From contig CAVSPJ010000002.1 in assembly GCA_963729985.1 (NCBI GenBank), positions 773,017-837,016 on the forward strand: a DNA stretch of 64,000 bases, written 5' to 3'. The first letter of the stretch is position 1; each line of letters begins with the position of its first letter. The stretch comes from an uncultured Gemmatimonadales bacterium. Lineage in GTDB: Bacteria; Gemmatimonadota; Gemmatimonadetes; Gemmatimonadales; GWC2-71-9. Under the pieces are notes generated by a model. The model was not told where the DNA came from and made no database searches. It saw only the letters and a list, made by a program, of their open reading frames with translations. Made by a program: the position numbers and the translations under genes. Positions 38,976 through 47,928 of this stretch are shown in pieces.

Positions 38976-39375
38976 GGCGCCGCAGCCGCCGGAAGAGGGC
39001 GTCACTCGACCGCTCCAGCTGGGTGTGCCACTGTCGATAGAGCCGGATGATCTCGCGGGCTTCGGCGGTGAGCTCGGAGCCGCCGCCGGTGGCCCCGCCG
39101 CGGGTGGTGCGGACGACGGGGGAGCCGAGGACCCGCTCCATCTGCCGAACGCGGTTGAGGCAGGTGCGATAGCTGAGACCGATGCGGGAGCACGCTTCCC
39201 GGATGCTGCCGCGCCGGTCGATCTCCTCCAGCAGCCGGACGTAGCGCGGTCCCATGAGAAACTCGTCTCCGGCGACGAGCCAGGCCTTGATCCTCGGCTG
39301 GAGCGGAAGCTTTCTCAACCAGACTCCTCGAGTGCGCGCGCGAGGTGGGAGAGCCCAAGTATACCCATCCAGCAT
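38968..39375 (-). CDS. ModE N-terminal-type winged-helix regulator (no TOBE domain)
   Basis: MGP...RLLEEIDR.GSI..AC..IGLSY, RGG..GGGS.LT. Confidence 0.8.
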   Translation of the reverse strand: MLDGYTWALPPRARTRGVWLRKLPLQPRIKAWLVAGDEFLMGPRYVRLLEEIDRRGSIREACSRIGLSYRTCLNRVRQMERVLGSPVVRTTRGGATGGGSELTAEAREIIRLYRQWHTQLERSSDALFRRLRRRG

Positions 39376-39454
39376 AGTCCGGCCGGAAACCCTCCCTGGC
39401 AACCGGCCGTAGGGGAGGCGTCGTCCCGCCCCGCCGTCCAACCCCGGAGGTCAG

Positions 39455-40198
39455 GTGATCCGCTCGATACTCGGCCTTGCCGTCCTGACCGCCGCCCCGT
39501 CTCCCGCCATTGCGATCGACCCCCCGAAAGACGGCATCGCGCTGATCGAACGCATGCGTCAGCGCTACGTGGGGAAGTGGTATCGCACGCTCACCTTCGT
39601 GCAGAGGACGACACTGGCCGACGGAAGGGTCGAGACCTGGTACGAAGCCGCGGAGCTCCCCGGCAAGCTTCGGATCGACATCGCGCCGCTGGATGGGAAG
39701 AACACGCTGCTGTTCCGGAACGACTCGCTCTACGAGTTCAAGGGCGGAGTCCTGGCCGAGTCGCGGCCCATGATCCACCCGTTGATGGTACTGGGGTTCG
39801 ACGTCTACGCCCAACCGGTGGACGTGACCGTCCGGAAGCTCCGGGAGCTCGGCTTCGACCTCGGCCGGCTGCACGAGTCCACCTGGGAGGGCCGGCCCGC
39901 GTTCGTGGTGGGCGCCGCGGCTGGCGACACGGTCACCCGCCAGTTCTGGATCGACCAGGAGCGGCTCTACTTCGTGCGGATGGTGGAGCCGGGCAAGAAG
40001 AATCCGTCGGCCCGGGTCGAGACCCGGTTCGACAAGTACATCCCCCTGGGGCAGGGGTGGCTGGAAACCGAGGTGCGGTTCCTGGTGGACGGGGACACCA
40101 GGATGCTGGAGGAGTACTCCGAGCCCAGGGCCGGGGTCGAGCTGAGCCCGGACATCTTCGAGCCCGACCGCTGGGTGCCCCCGAACTGGGTGCGCTGA
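39455..40198 (+). CDS. Secreted hypothetical protein (possibly LolA-like fold)
   Basis: GGAGG RBS; signal peptide; TLTFVQ.T, TWYEA..PG.LRID, QFWID.ERL. Confidence 0.75.
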   Translation: MIRSILGLAVLTAAPSPAIAIDPPKDGIALIERMRQRYVGKWYRTLTFVQRTTLADGRVETWYEAAELPGKLRIDIAPLDGKNTLLFRNDSLYEFKGGVLAESRPMIHPLMVLGFDVYAQPVDVTVRKLRELGFDLGRLHESTWEGRPAFVVGAAAGDTVTRQFWIDQERLYFVRMVEPGKKNPSARVETRFDKYIPLGQGWLETEVRFLVDGDTRMLEEYSEPRAGVELSPDIFEPDRWVPPNWVR

Positions 40199-40310
40199 CG
40201 CGGGAGCCGGGCCTGGTGGTGGGATGCGTGTCGGATTGCTGGCGTGCGAGTGACCCACGCGCTACATTGGCGGTCCACTCCTCAATACCATCGTCCTGGC
40301 ACGGTCCCCC

Positions 40311-41207
40311 ATGAGACTGAAGACTTGTCGTGCCGTGTTGCCGTCCGCGTGCGTACTGGCCGTGGCGTTCGCATGTGCGGAGCAGTCCGACGTCGCGTTG
40401 CAGCCCTCCGAGCCACAGTCCGAAACCGACACCTCCGCGATCCTCCTGGCGGTGGGTGACATCGCCGGGTGCGCCGAGCACTATAAGGACGAGGTGACCG
40501 CCGACCTGGTGGCCGGCCTCACGGGCACCCTCGCGCTGCTGGGCGACCTGGTCTATCAGAACGGCACCCGGTGGCAGTTCCGGAACTGCTACGGCCCCAG
40601 TTGGGGGCGGGTGCTGTCGCGGAGCCGACCGGTGCCGGGAAATCACGAGTACCGCACCGCTGAGGCCGGCCCGTACTACGAGTACTTCGGCAGCCGGGCG
40701 GGCCCCGCCGGCAAGGGATATTACAGCTACACCCTCGGCGCCTGGCGGATCTACGCGCTGAACAGCGAGCGACGCATCGCCGAGCAGGAGACCTGGTTGA
40801 AGGCGCACCTCGCCGCGAATCCGTCCAAGTGCATTCTCGCGTATTGGCACAAGCCACTGTACACCGGCGGGCGCAACCCCAACGAGCCCACCGTGCGGCC
40901 GCTCTTCGACGCCCTGTACAAGGCCGGCGCGGAGGTGGTGCTTTCGGGGCACAACCACCACTACGAGCGGTTCGCCCCCCAGGACGCCGACGGGCGATAC
41001 AAGGCGCGGGGCACCCGCCAGTTCGTGATCGGCACCGGGGGAGCGCAGCTCGAGGGATTCGTCACCACCCAGCCCAACAGCAAGCGGCGCTACGTCGAGG
41101 GGTGGGGTGTGCTGCGGATGACGCTGAGTCCCGGGAAGTACGCCTGGAAGTTCCTCCCGGTGCTGGGGGCGGCGTCGGCCGACACGGGGTACGCGAACTG
41201 CACCTGA
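40311..41207 (+). CDS. Metallophosphoesterase (calcineurin-like) lipoprotein
   Basis: GDIA, GDLVY, GNHEY, WHKP, GHNHHYER. Confidence 0.9.
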   Translation: MRLKTCRAVLPSACVLAVAFACAEQSDVALQPSEPQSETDTSAILLAVGDIAGCAEHYKDEVTADLVAGLTGTLALLGDLVYQNGTRWQFRNCYGPSWGRVLSRSRPVPGNHEYRTAEAGPYYEYFGSRAGPAGKGYYSYTLGAWRIYALNSERRIAEQETWLKAHLAANPSKCILAYWHKPLYTGGRNPNEPTVRPLFDALYKAGAEVVLSGHNHHYERFAPQDADGRYKARGTRQFVIGTGGAQLEGFVTTQPNSKRRYVEGWGVLRMTLSPGKYAWKFLPVLGAASADTGYANCT

Positions 41208-41243
41208 TTTCCTCATCCCGAGGTAGTCTTGCCCTCGGGCCCG

Positions 41244-42605
41244 CTATCCTCCGGCTCGCGCGAGCGCCCGGTCCAGCACGTCGAGCGCGAAGTCCACGTC
41301 CTCCGCCGTAATGCACATCGGCGGCTTGATCCGGAGCACGTTCCCCGCCAGCCCTCCCTTGCCCAGCAGCACGCCCATCGCGCGGGCCTCCTCCAGCACC
41401 TGAATCGTTTCGGCGCTGGCCGGCGCGCGGGTGGCGCGGTCGGCGACCAGCTCGACGCCGAGCATGAGGCCCATGCCCCGGACGTCGCCGATCAGCCGGT
41501 GGTCGCGCGCGAGCCGCTCCAGACCGTCCCGCAGGCGTCCGCCCACGACCTTCGCGTTCTGTTGCAGCCCGTCCTCCTCGATCACTTCCATCACCGCCAG
41601 TCCCGCCGCCATGGACACCGGATTGCCGCCGAAGGTGTTGAAGTGGAGCCGCTGGGCCAGCACTTCCGCGATCTCCCGCCGGGTCGTGACCGCCGCCAGC
41701 GGAACGCCGTTGCCGAACCCCTTGGCCATGGTGACGATGTCGGGGACCACGCCGAAGTTCTCGAAGCCCCAATAGTGCTCGCCGGTGCGGCCGAACCCGG
41801 TTTGCACCTCGTCGGCGATGCAGAGCCCGCCATGCTCCCGGGCGATCCGATAGGCCTCGCGGAAGTAGTTGGGCGCCGCGGTGGTGACCCCGCCGACGCC
41901 CTGGATCGGCTCGGCGAGGAAGGCCGCGATCCGGCCGGGGGTGGAATAGCGGATCAGCTCGCCGATGTCGGCGGCGCAGGCGGTGGCGATCTCCTCGGGA
42001 GTGCCGCCCAGCGGGCTGCGGTAGGGCTCGGGGCAGAGCGCGTGATGGACGTAGGCCCCCTGGAGCGTGGGGAGCTTCCAGGTGTGGTGCGAGGTCAGTC
42101 CCATCGCGGACGGCGACCCCCCGTGATACCCGTTGCGCAGGGCGATCACGTCGGTGTGGCCGGTGAACAGGCGGGCCATGGAGATGGCCAGGTCGTTCGC
42201 CTCGCTCCCGCTGTTGACGAAGTAGGTGACGTCGAGCCCGGGCGGCATCTTCGACGCCAGCTTTTCCGCCAGGCGGGGCATGCCGGGGTGGAGGTAGATC
42301 GTGGTGGTGTGTTGCAGGGTCTCGGCCTGCTCCCGCACCCGGGCGACCACCTTGGGATGGCAGTGCCCGCAGGAGACGGTCACGATCCCCGCGAACAGGT
42401 CGAGATAGCGCCGGCCGGTCTCGTCGAAGAGATACTGCATCTTCCCCTCGACGATCATCAGCGGCTCGCGGTAGAGCGTGAAGACCGCCGGGTTGGTGTA
42501 CTGCCGCCGCGCGGCGAGCACCTCCTCGCGGCTCGGCCCGTCGTAGGGGCGGGGGATGTGGTCGAAGGCCGGCATCCGCAGGGGCGGGGTCATCAGCTCG
42601 GGCAT
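41244..42605 (-). CDS. Class III aminotransferase, AGXT2 / beta-alanine-pyruvate-like
   Basis: ATG 42605; YLDLFAGIVTVSCGHCHP, NSGSEAND, EPIQGVGG, DEVQTGFGRTG, TMAKG. Confidence 0.92.
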   Translation of the reverse strand: MPELMTPPLRMPAFDHIPRPYDGPSREEVLAARRQYTNPAVFTLYREPLMIVEGKMQYLFDETGRRYLDLFAGIVTVSCGHCHPKVVARVREQAETLQHTTTIYLHPGMPRLAEKLASKMPPGLDVTYFVNSGSEANDLAISMARLFTGHTDVIALRNGYHGGSPSAMGLTSHHTWKLPTLQGAYVHHALCPEPYRSPLGGTPEEIATACAADIGELIRYSTPGRIAAFLAEPIQGVGGVTTAAPNYFREAYRIAREHGGLCIADEVQTGFGRTGEHYWGFENFGVVPDIVTMAKGFGNGVPLAAVTTRREIAEVLAQRLHFNTFGGNPVSMAAGLAVMEVIEEDGLQQNAKVVGGRLRDGLERLARDHRLIGDVRGMGLMLGVELVADRATRAPASAETIQVLEEARAMGVLLGKGGLAGNVLRIKPPMCITAEDVDFALDVLDRALARAGG

Positions 42606-42639
42606 ATCGGTTCCTGGTGTTGGTCCGCGGGTGTGAAGA

Positions 42640-44121
42640 TCACGACATCCAGTTGGTGCCGGCTTCGCGGTTCCACTTGGTGGTGGTCTTCTTGGTCCGG
42701 GTCCAGAACTCGATGGACCCGTGCCCGGTGATGTCGCCCACGCCGAACTTGGAGTCGTTCCAGCCGCCGAACGAGAACGGCTCACGCGGCACCGGGACGC
42801 CGACGTTGACGCCCACCATGCCCGCGGAGGCGCGCTCGGTAACGTAGCGCGCGAGGCCGCCGCTCTCGGTGTACACCGAGGCGGCGTTGCCGTACGGGGA
42901 GGCGTTCTCGATCGCCAGCGCCTGGTCCACGTCCGGCGCGCGGACGATGGCGAGGACCGGCCCGAAAACCTCATCGCGCGCGATCGCCATGTCGGGCCGG
43001 ACGTGGTCCAGCACGGTCGGGCCGACGTAGAAACCGCCCTCGCGCCCCGGCACCACCGTGTTCCGTCCGTCCAGCAGGACCGACGCGCCCGCCTGCTCCG
43101 CCTCGGTGATGTAGCGCTCGATCCGCTCCTTGGCCTCCCGCGAGATGACCGGCCCCAGGTTCTTCCCCGGCACGACGGCCCGGGCGTGCTCCACCAGGCG
43201 TTGCACGATGTGGTCGGTGCCACCCACCGCGACCATGACCGAGGCCGCCATGCAGCGCTGTCCGGTGCATCCGGACATGGAGGCCACGACGTTGGTGGAC
43301 GTCATCTCCAGGTCGGCGTCCGGGAGCACCAGCAGGTGGTTCTTGGCGCCGCCCAGGGCCAGCACCCGCTTGAGATTGGAGGTGCCCCGCCGGTACACCA
43401 GCTGCGCCACCCGGGTGGACCCGACAAAGCTGACGGCCGAGATCCCCGGGTGATCGCAGATCGCCTCGACCACCTCACGGCCCCCGTTCACCACGCTGAA
43501 GACGCCGGCCGGAAGCCCCGCCTCCGCCAGCAGCTCGGCGATCCGGCCGGCGCTGAGCGGAACCAGCTCGGACGGCTTCAGCACCAGGCAGTTGCCCAGC
43601 GCAATCGCGTTCGGGATGGTCCAGTGCGGCACCATGCAGGGGAAGTTGAACGGCACGATGGACGCGACGACCCCCACCGGATGCCGGTCGGTGCGGCAGT
43701 CCACCCCCCGGCTCACCTCCAGCACCTCGCCGGTCACGATCTGCGGCAGCGAGCAGGCGAACTCGGTCAGCTCGATCGCCTTGGCCACCTCGGCGTCGGC
43801 CTCGGCGCTGGTCTTTCCGTGCTCCTCGGAGACGAGGGCGGACAGCGACGCGAAGTCTCGCTCCAGCAGCGTCCGGTAGCGGTAGAAGACCTGAACCCGG
43901 TCCTTGATCGTCCTGGCCGACCAGGCCGGGAGCGCCTCCGCGGCAGCCCGCACCGCGGCATCCAGCTCGGTGCCCGACGAGAGCGGGACCTGGGAGAGCT
44001 GGGCGCCATCGCTTGGGTTCAGGACCTCGAGCATGGAGCCCTTCGTGGGAACGAACCGGCCACCGATGTAATTCCGGACCGGCGGGTACTTCAGGGCTGG
44101 TTTGGCGGCGGTAGCTGACAT
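42640..44121 (-). CDS. mmsA: CoA-acylating methylmalonate/malonate-semialdehyde dehydrogenase
   Basis: PFNFP, FVGST, GGAKNH, GQRCMA, EVFGP, GMVGVNVGVPVP. Confidence 0.92.
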   Translation of the reverse strand: MSATAAKPALKYPPVRNYIGGRFVPTKGSMLEVLNPSDGAQLSQVPLSSGTELDAAVRAAAEALPAWSARTIKDRVQVFYRYRTLLERDFASLSALVSEEHGKTSAEADAEVAKAIELTEFACSLPQIVTGEVLEVSRGVDCRTDRHPVGVVASIVPFNFPCMVPHWTIPNAIALGNCLVLKPSELVPLSAGRIAELLAEAGLPAGVFSVVNGGREVVEAICDHPGISAVSFVGSTRVAQLVYRRGTSNLKRVLALGGAKNHLLVLPDADLEMTSTNVVASMSGCTGQRCMAASVMVAVGGTDHIVQRLVEHARAVVPGKNLGPVISREAKERIERYITEAEQAGASVLLDGRNTVVPGREGGFYVGPTVLDHVRPDMAIARDEVFGPVLAIVRAPDVDQALAIENASPYGNAASVYTESGGLARYVTERASAGMVGVNVGVPVPREPFSFGGWNDSKFGVGDITGHGSIEFWTRTKKTTTKWNREAGTNWMS

Positions 44122-44155
44122 CGTAAGTCCCGGGATTGCAAATAGGTGGATTGGG

Positions 44156-44172
44156 TTGTATCAAGTATACAA
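44156..44172. promoter_or_regulatory. Putative GntR operator TTGTAT-N5-ATACAA
   Basis: AT-rich inverted repeat between the divergent mmsA and gntR genes. Confidence 0.65.
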
Positions 44173-44208
44173 TTCGTCCCGCAGTCGTCAACACGACCCA
44201 GGGTATCC

Positions 44209-44898
44209 ATGACCACCCCCCTCTGGCCTCTCCCCGAAGCCCGCACCCTTTCCGAACGGGTCTACCGCGCCGTCCGCGCCCGGATCATGGACGGCGCCCT
44301 GTCTCCCGGCACCTTCCTGCGGGAGAAGGACCTCGAGTCCATGGGCGTGAGCCGGACGCCGATTCGCGAGGCGCTGGGCCGGCTGGCCAGCGAGGGTTTC
44401 CTGGAGCGGCTGCCCCATCGGGGCTTCCGGGTGCCCGAGGAGTCGCTGGGAAACCTGCTGGAGCTGTATCCCATCGTGGCGTCCCTGGAGCTGCTCGCCG
44501 GCCGCCTGGCGCTGGAGCGGTTCACCCCGGCCGACATCGCCGAGCTCAAGGCGGTGAACGGGGAGCTGGCCGCCGCCCGGGACCGGGGCGACGTCAGGGC
44601 GATGCTCGACCTCAACACCCGGTTTCACCGGCTGATCTCGGAGCGCGGCGGCAACCGGCGGCTCGCCGGCCTGCTCGACGACCTCCGCTCCCAGCTCACC
44701 CGGCTGGAGCTGTGGTACTACTCCGGACGCGACCGCACCCAACGCTCGATCCGGGAGCACGAGGAGATCATCGATGCGATCACGCGCGGCGACCGCCCCC
44801 GGGCGCTTTCCCTCCTCGAGCGGAACATGTCCCTCACCTACCGCACGCTGGTGGACGAGGGCGACGCTGCCGGCCGGGAGGCGGGAGCCACGCTGTAG
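44209..44898 (+). CDS. GntR family regulator (FCD domain)
   Basis: GVSRTPIREAL.RL..EG, N..FH, EH..I..AI..GD. Confidence 0.92.
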   Translation: MTTPLWPLPEARTLSERVYRAVRARIMDGALSPGTFLREKDLESMGVSRTPIREALGRLASEGFLERLPHRGFRVPEESLGNLLELYPIVASLELLAGRLALERFTPADIAELKAVNGELAAARDRGDVRAMLDLNTRFHRLISERGGNRRLAGLLDDLRSQLTRLELWYYSGRDRTQRSIREHEEIIDAITRGDRPRALSLLERNMSLTYRTLVDEGDAAGREAGATL

Positions 44899-44899
44899 G

Positions 44900-46297
44900 T
44901 CAGGCGATCCGGGCGGTCACCTCGTGGATGCCGTTGTTTCCGTAGCCTAGCCGGTTCCATTCAGCGCGCTCGGGCTGGGTGCGGCCGGCCAGGTCGGTGG
45001 CGCGGGCCCGGAGCGTGACCTCACCCGGCCGGTCGAAGGTGGCGATCAGCTCCCACCACTGCCAGCTGTGCCGCTTGCGCTCGCCGACCAGCCGCGCCTC
45101 GCGCCAGTCTCCGCCGTTCACGCTCACCTCGACCTTGGCGATCGGGGCCGCCCCCGACCACGCGAGGCCCCGCACGATCAGCTCGCCGGGCGCGGCCTCC
45201 TGTCCCGGCGCGGGGTCGGTGATGAGCGCGCGAACCCGCTGGAGCGTCACCGGCTCGCTGCTCTCCTTACCATTCCGATCCCAGTAGTAGACGTACTTCT
45301 CGGTCTGGTAGTGCCCCTCGAACGGCTGGTCGGTCACCTCGATCTCGGTCAGCCATTTCACCGACGCCACGCCGTACCAGCCGGGCACGACCAGCCGCAG
45401 CGGGAACCCGTGCTGGATGGGAAGCGGCTCGCCGTTCATGGCGTAGGCCAGGATGGCGTCGGAGTCGCGCGCCTGGTCGGCGGTGAGGCTCCGCTCGAAT
45501 CGGATCCTCCCGCGCTTGGGGTCGACTTCGCCGCCGTCGGCCCCGCGGAAGCGGACCTCGCGGGCGCCGGAGCGCATCCCGGCGCGGTCGAGGATGTCGG
45601 CCAGCGGGACCCCGCTCCACTCGGCGGTGCTCACCGCGCCGTACTGCCACCGCTCGCCTGGCACCGGGGGGTCGAACTGGGTGCGGCCGTTGCCCGCGCA
45701 CTCGAGCGTCACGACCTCGGCGTGCGAGCGCATGTTGTGCAGGTCGCGCAGGCTCAGCGTCAGCGGGCGGTCCACCAGGCCGGTCACCTGTAGTCGGAAG
45801 GCCGAGGCGTCGAGGTTGGGAATCGGGAAGTTGTTCCGCACGTAGAACCGGGCGGTCGGCATCACCACGCCGCCGACCAGCTCGGGCAGCGGAGTTTCGC
45901 AGTTGAGCGGGTGCGCGCGGTGGACCACGAGTCCCGCGTCGATCGCGTGCTGGCAGATCTCCTCGGGATCGAGGGCCGGGACGGCGTCGCTTAGGGGCAG
46001 GGGGGCGCCGCATCCGCCGCTCGCCACCACCCGGGCACAGCTGGAAGCGGGATAGACGTCGAGGCTGCCCGCCATCTGGAACGGCTGGAGGAATTCGCGG
46101 AGCCGGGCCTCGTCGGTCGCCTCGGCGATGAGGAACATCGTATGTTCGCCCTGCACCACGGCTTCGCCCAGGATCTCCACTCCGTGCCGCCGCCCGTTGG
46201 GACGGCTCAGGTGGCTCAGCAGCATTGTGCCCATGTACGGATCCTGCGCCGGACAGCGCTCACCGGCATGGCTGTGCCGGACCACGAACAACGGCAT
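44900..46297 (-). CDS. Sulfite oxidase family molybdoenzyme with an extra ~110-aa N-terminal His/Cys domain
   Basis: ATG 46297 after GGGAG; PLNCET, FYVRNN, TLECAGNGR (Mo-Cys), HGFPLRLVVPGWYG..SVKWL, dimerization domain WN.LGY.NN; no Tat signal. Confidence 0.88.
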   Translation of the reverse strand: MPLFVVRHSHAGERCPAQDPYMGTMLLSHLSRPNGRRHGVEILGEAVVQGEHTMFLIAEATDEARLREFLQPFQMAGSLDVYPASSCARVVASGGCGAPLPLSDAVPALDPEEICQHAIDAGLVVHRAHPLNCETPLPELVGGVVMPTARFYVRNNFPIPNLDASAFRLQVTGLVDRPLTLSLRDLHNMRSHAEVVTLECAGNGRTQFDPPVPGERWQYGAVSTAEWSGVPLADILDRAGMRSGAREVRFRGADGGEVDPKRGRIRFERSLTADQARDSDAILAYAMNGEPLPIQHGFPLRLVVPGWYGVASVKWLTEIEVTDQPFEGHYQTEKYVYYWDRNGKESSEPVTLQRVRALITDPAPGQEAAPGELIVRGLAWSGAAPIAKVEVSVNGGDWREARLVGERKRHSWQWWELIATFDRPGEVTLRARATDLAGRTQPERAEWNRLGYGNNGIHEVTARIA

Positions 46298-46476
46298 CGG
46301 TCTCTCCCGAAAAACGTAGCCCCCCGCCGCGAGGCGGAGGCTCAAGCTTAAGGCCCGGGTCGGGCGAAATCCATCGTTCTTGCCGCTGGGGCGAAGATCC
46401 GCCGGAAACTCCCGGCCGGATCCGCCGTACTGCTGACGAATCCGATTCCGGCTCACCCTCCTACTTCAATCCGCTC

Positions 46477-47928
46477 ATGCAAAAACTGACGTGCGCGCTT
46501 GCCGGCCTCGCGCTTCTTCTGCTGGTACCCCCGCTGCAGGCCCAGGGATCGCGTGGCGCGCTGGCCTCGGGGACCCTCGCCCTCACCGGCGTCACCGTGA
46601 TCCCCATGACCCGGGACACGATGGTCCGCGACGCCACGGTCCTGGTGCGCGACGGGCGGATCGCGGAGATCGGTGCAGCCCGGGACGTCACGGTGCCCGC
46701 GGGGGCGCGGCGGATAGACGGACGCGGCAAGTACCTCATTCCCGGCCTCGCCGACATGCACGCCCATCTCTACTCCGATGGCGACGCTCCCGATTCGCTC
46801 GCGAAGTACGAGCTCGGCGTGATGGTGGCGAACGGCGTGACGGCAACGCGGTTCATGATCGGCACCCGGGAGCACTTTACCCTGCGGCGCGAGGTCGAGG
46901 CCGGCCGCATCCTGGGGCCGCAGCTCTGGCTCGCCAGCCCGCAGTTCACCGGACAGGAAGACGTGAACAGCCGGGTCGTCACCTCCCCCCAGGATGCCCG
47001 GAAGGCGGTCAAGCAGATGGCCGACCTGGGCTACGACTTCGTGAAGCTCACCCTCTTCATTACCCCGCCGGTGTACGACGCGATCGTGCAGGAGGCGAAG
47101 CGGCAGCGGATTCGCGTGGTCGGTCACGTGGACCCGCGGGTGGGTGTCGCCCGGGCGCTGGCGGCTGGGCAGCAGATCGAGCACCTCGACAACTATTTCG
47201 AGTCGGTGCTGGCGGATTCAGCGCCGATGCGGGAGTCGGTGTCGGATCGCGGGCTGTTCCGGCTAAAGAACTGGGAAAGCCTCGACTTTGTGGACGACGC
47301 CAAGGTGGAGCGGATCGCGGGTGCCACCGCCCGGGCCGGCAGCTACGCCTGCCCCACGCTCACGGTGTTCAAGACGGCCTTCGCGCTGGGGCAGTCGGAG
47401 GAGGAGATCAAGGCCCGCCCGGACTGGGGTATCATGCCGCGCGACCAGCGTTCGCTTTATCTCGGCGCGCGCGAGAAGTACTGGAAAAACCCCGCCACCG
47501 AGGCGCGGCGGATGCGGTATGTCCAGGTCCGCGACCGGCTGGTGAAGGCGATCGCCGACTCGGGCGGCCGGATCATGGCCGGCTCGGACACGCCCGAGTG
47601 GTTCTTCGCCTACGGCTGGACGCTGCACCGGGAGCTGGAGAGCCTGGTGGCCGCCGGGCTCACGCCGTACCAGGCGCTCGCCGCCGCGACCAGGAATCCA
47701 GCGGAGTTTCTGCGGGCTTCGAAGGAGTGGGGGACCATTGAGGCCGGCAAGCGGGCCGACCTAGTGCTGCTAGATGCCAATCCGCTGGAGGACATCCGGA
47801 ACACCAGCCGGATCGAAGGTGTGATGATCGGCGGCCACTGGCTCGATCGCACGGAGCGGGAGTGGATGATCGCGGCCGCCGCGGAACGGCTGGGCGGCCC
47901 CTTCGGGTCCGAAGGCGCCGGTCAGTAG
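46477..47928 (+). CDS. Secreted amidohydrolase family protein
   Basis: Signal peptide; PGLADMHAH, GH, IEH, AGSD, G.IE.GKRADLVLLDANPL. Confidence 0.9.
   Translation: MQKLTCALAGLALLLLVPPLQAQGSRGALASGTLALTGVTVIPMTRDTMVRDATVLVRDGRIAEIGAARDVTVPAGARRIDGRGKYLIPGLADMHAHLYSDGDAPDSLAKYELGVMVANGVTATRFMIGTREHFTLRREVEAGRILGPQLWLASPQFTGQEDVNSRVVTSPQDARKAVKQMADLGYDFVKLTLFITPPVYDAIVQEAKRQRIRVVGHVDPRVGVARALAAGQQIEHLDNYFESVLADSAPMRESVSDRGLFRLKNWESLDFVDDAKVERIAGATARAGSYACPTLTVFKTAFALGQSEEEIKARPDWGIMPRDQRSLYLGAREKYWKNPATEARRMRYVQVRDRLVKAIADSGGRIMAGSDTPEWFFAYGWTLHRELESLVAAGLTPYQALAAATRNPAEFLRASKEWGTIEAGKRADLVLLDANPLEDIRNTSRIEGVMIGGHWLDRTEREWMIAAAAERLGGPFGSEGAGQ

Noticed and set aside
46298-46476. Possible Moco riboswitch upstream of the sulfite oxidase gene
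   Set aside because: Only a short GC hairpin is visible and I cannot match the Moco RNA consensus; an Rfam scan would settle it
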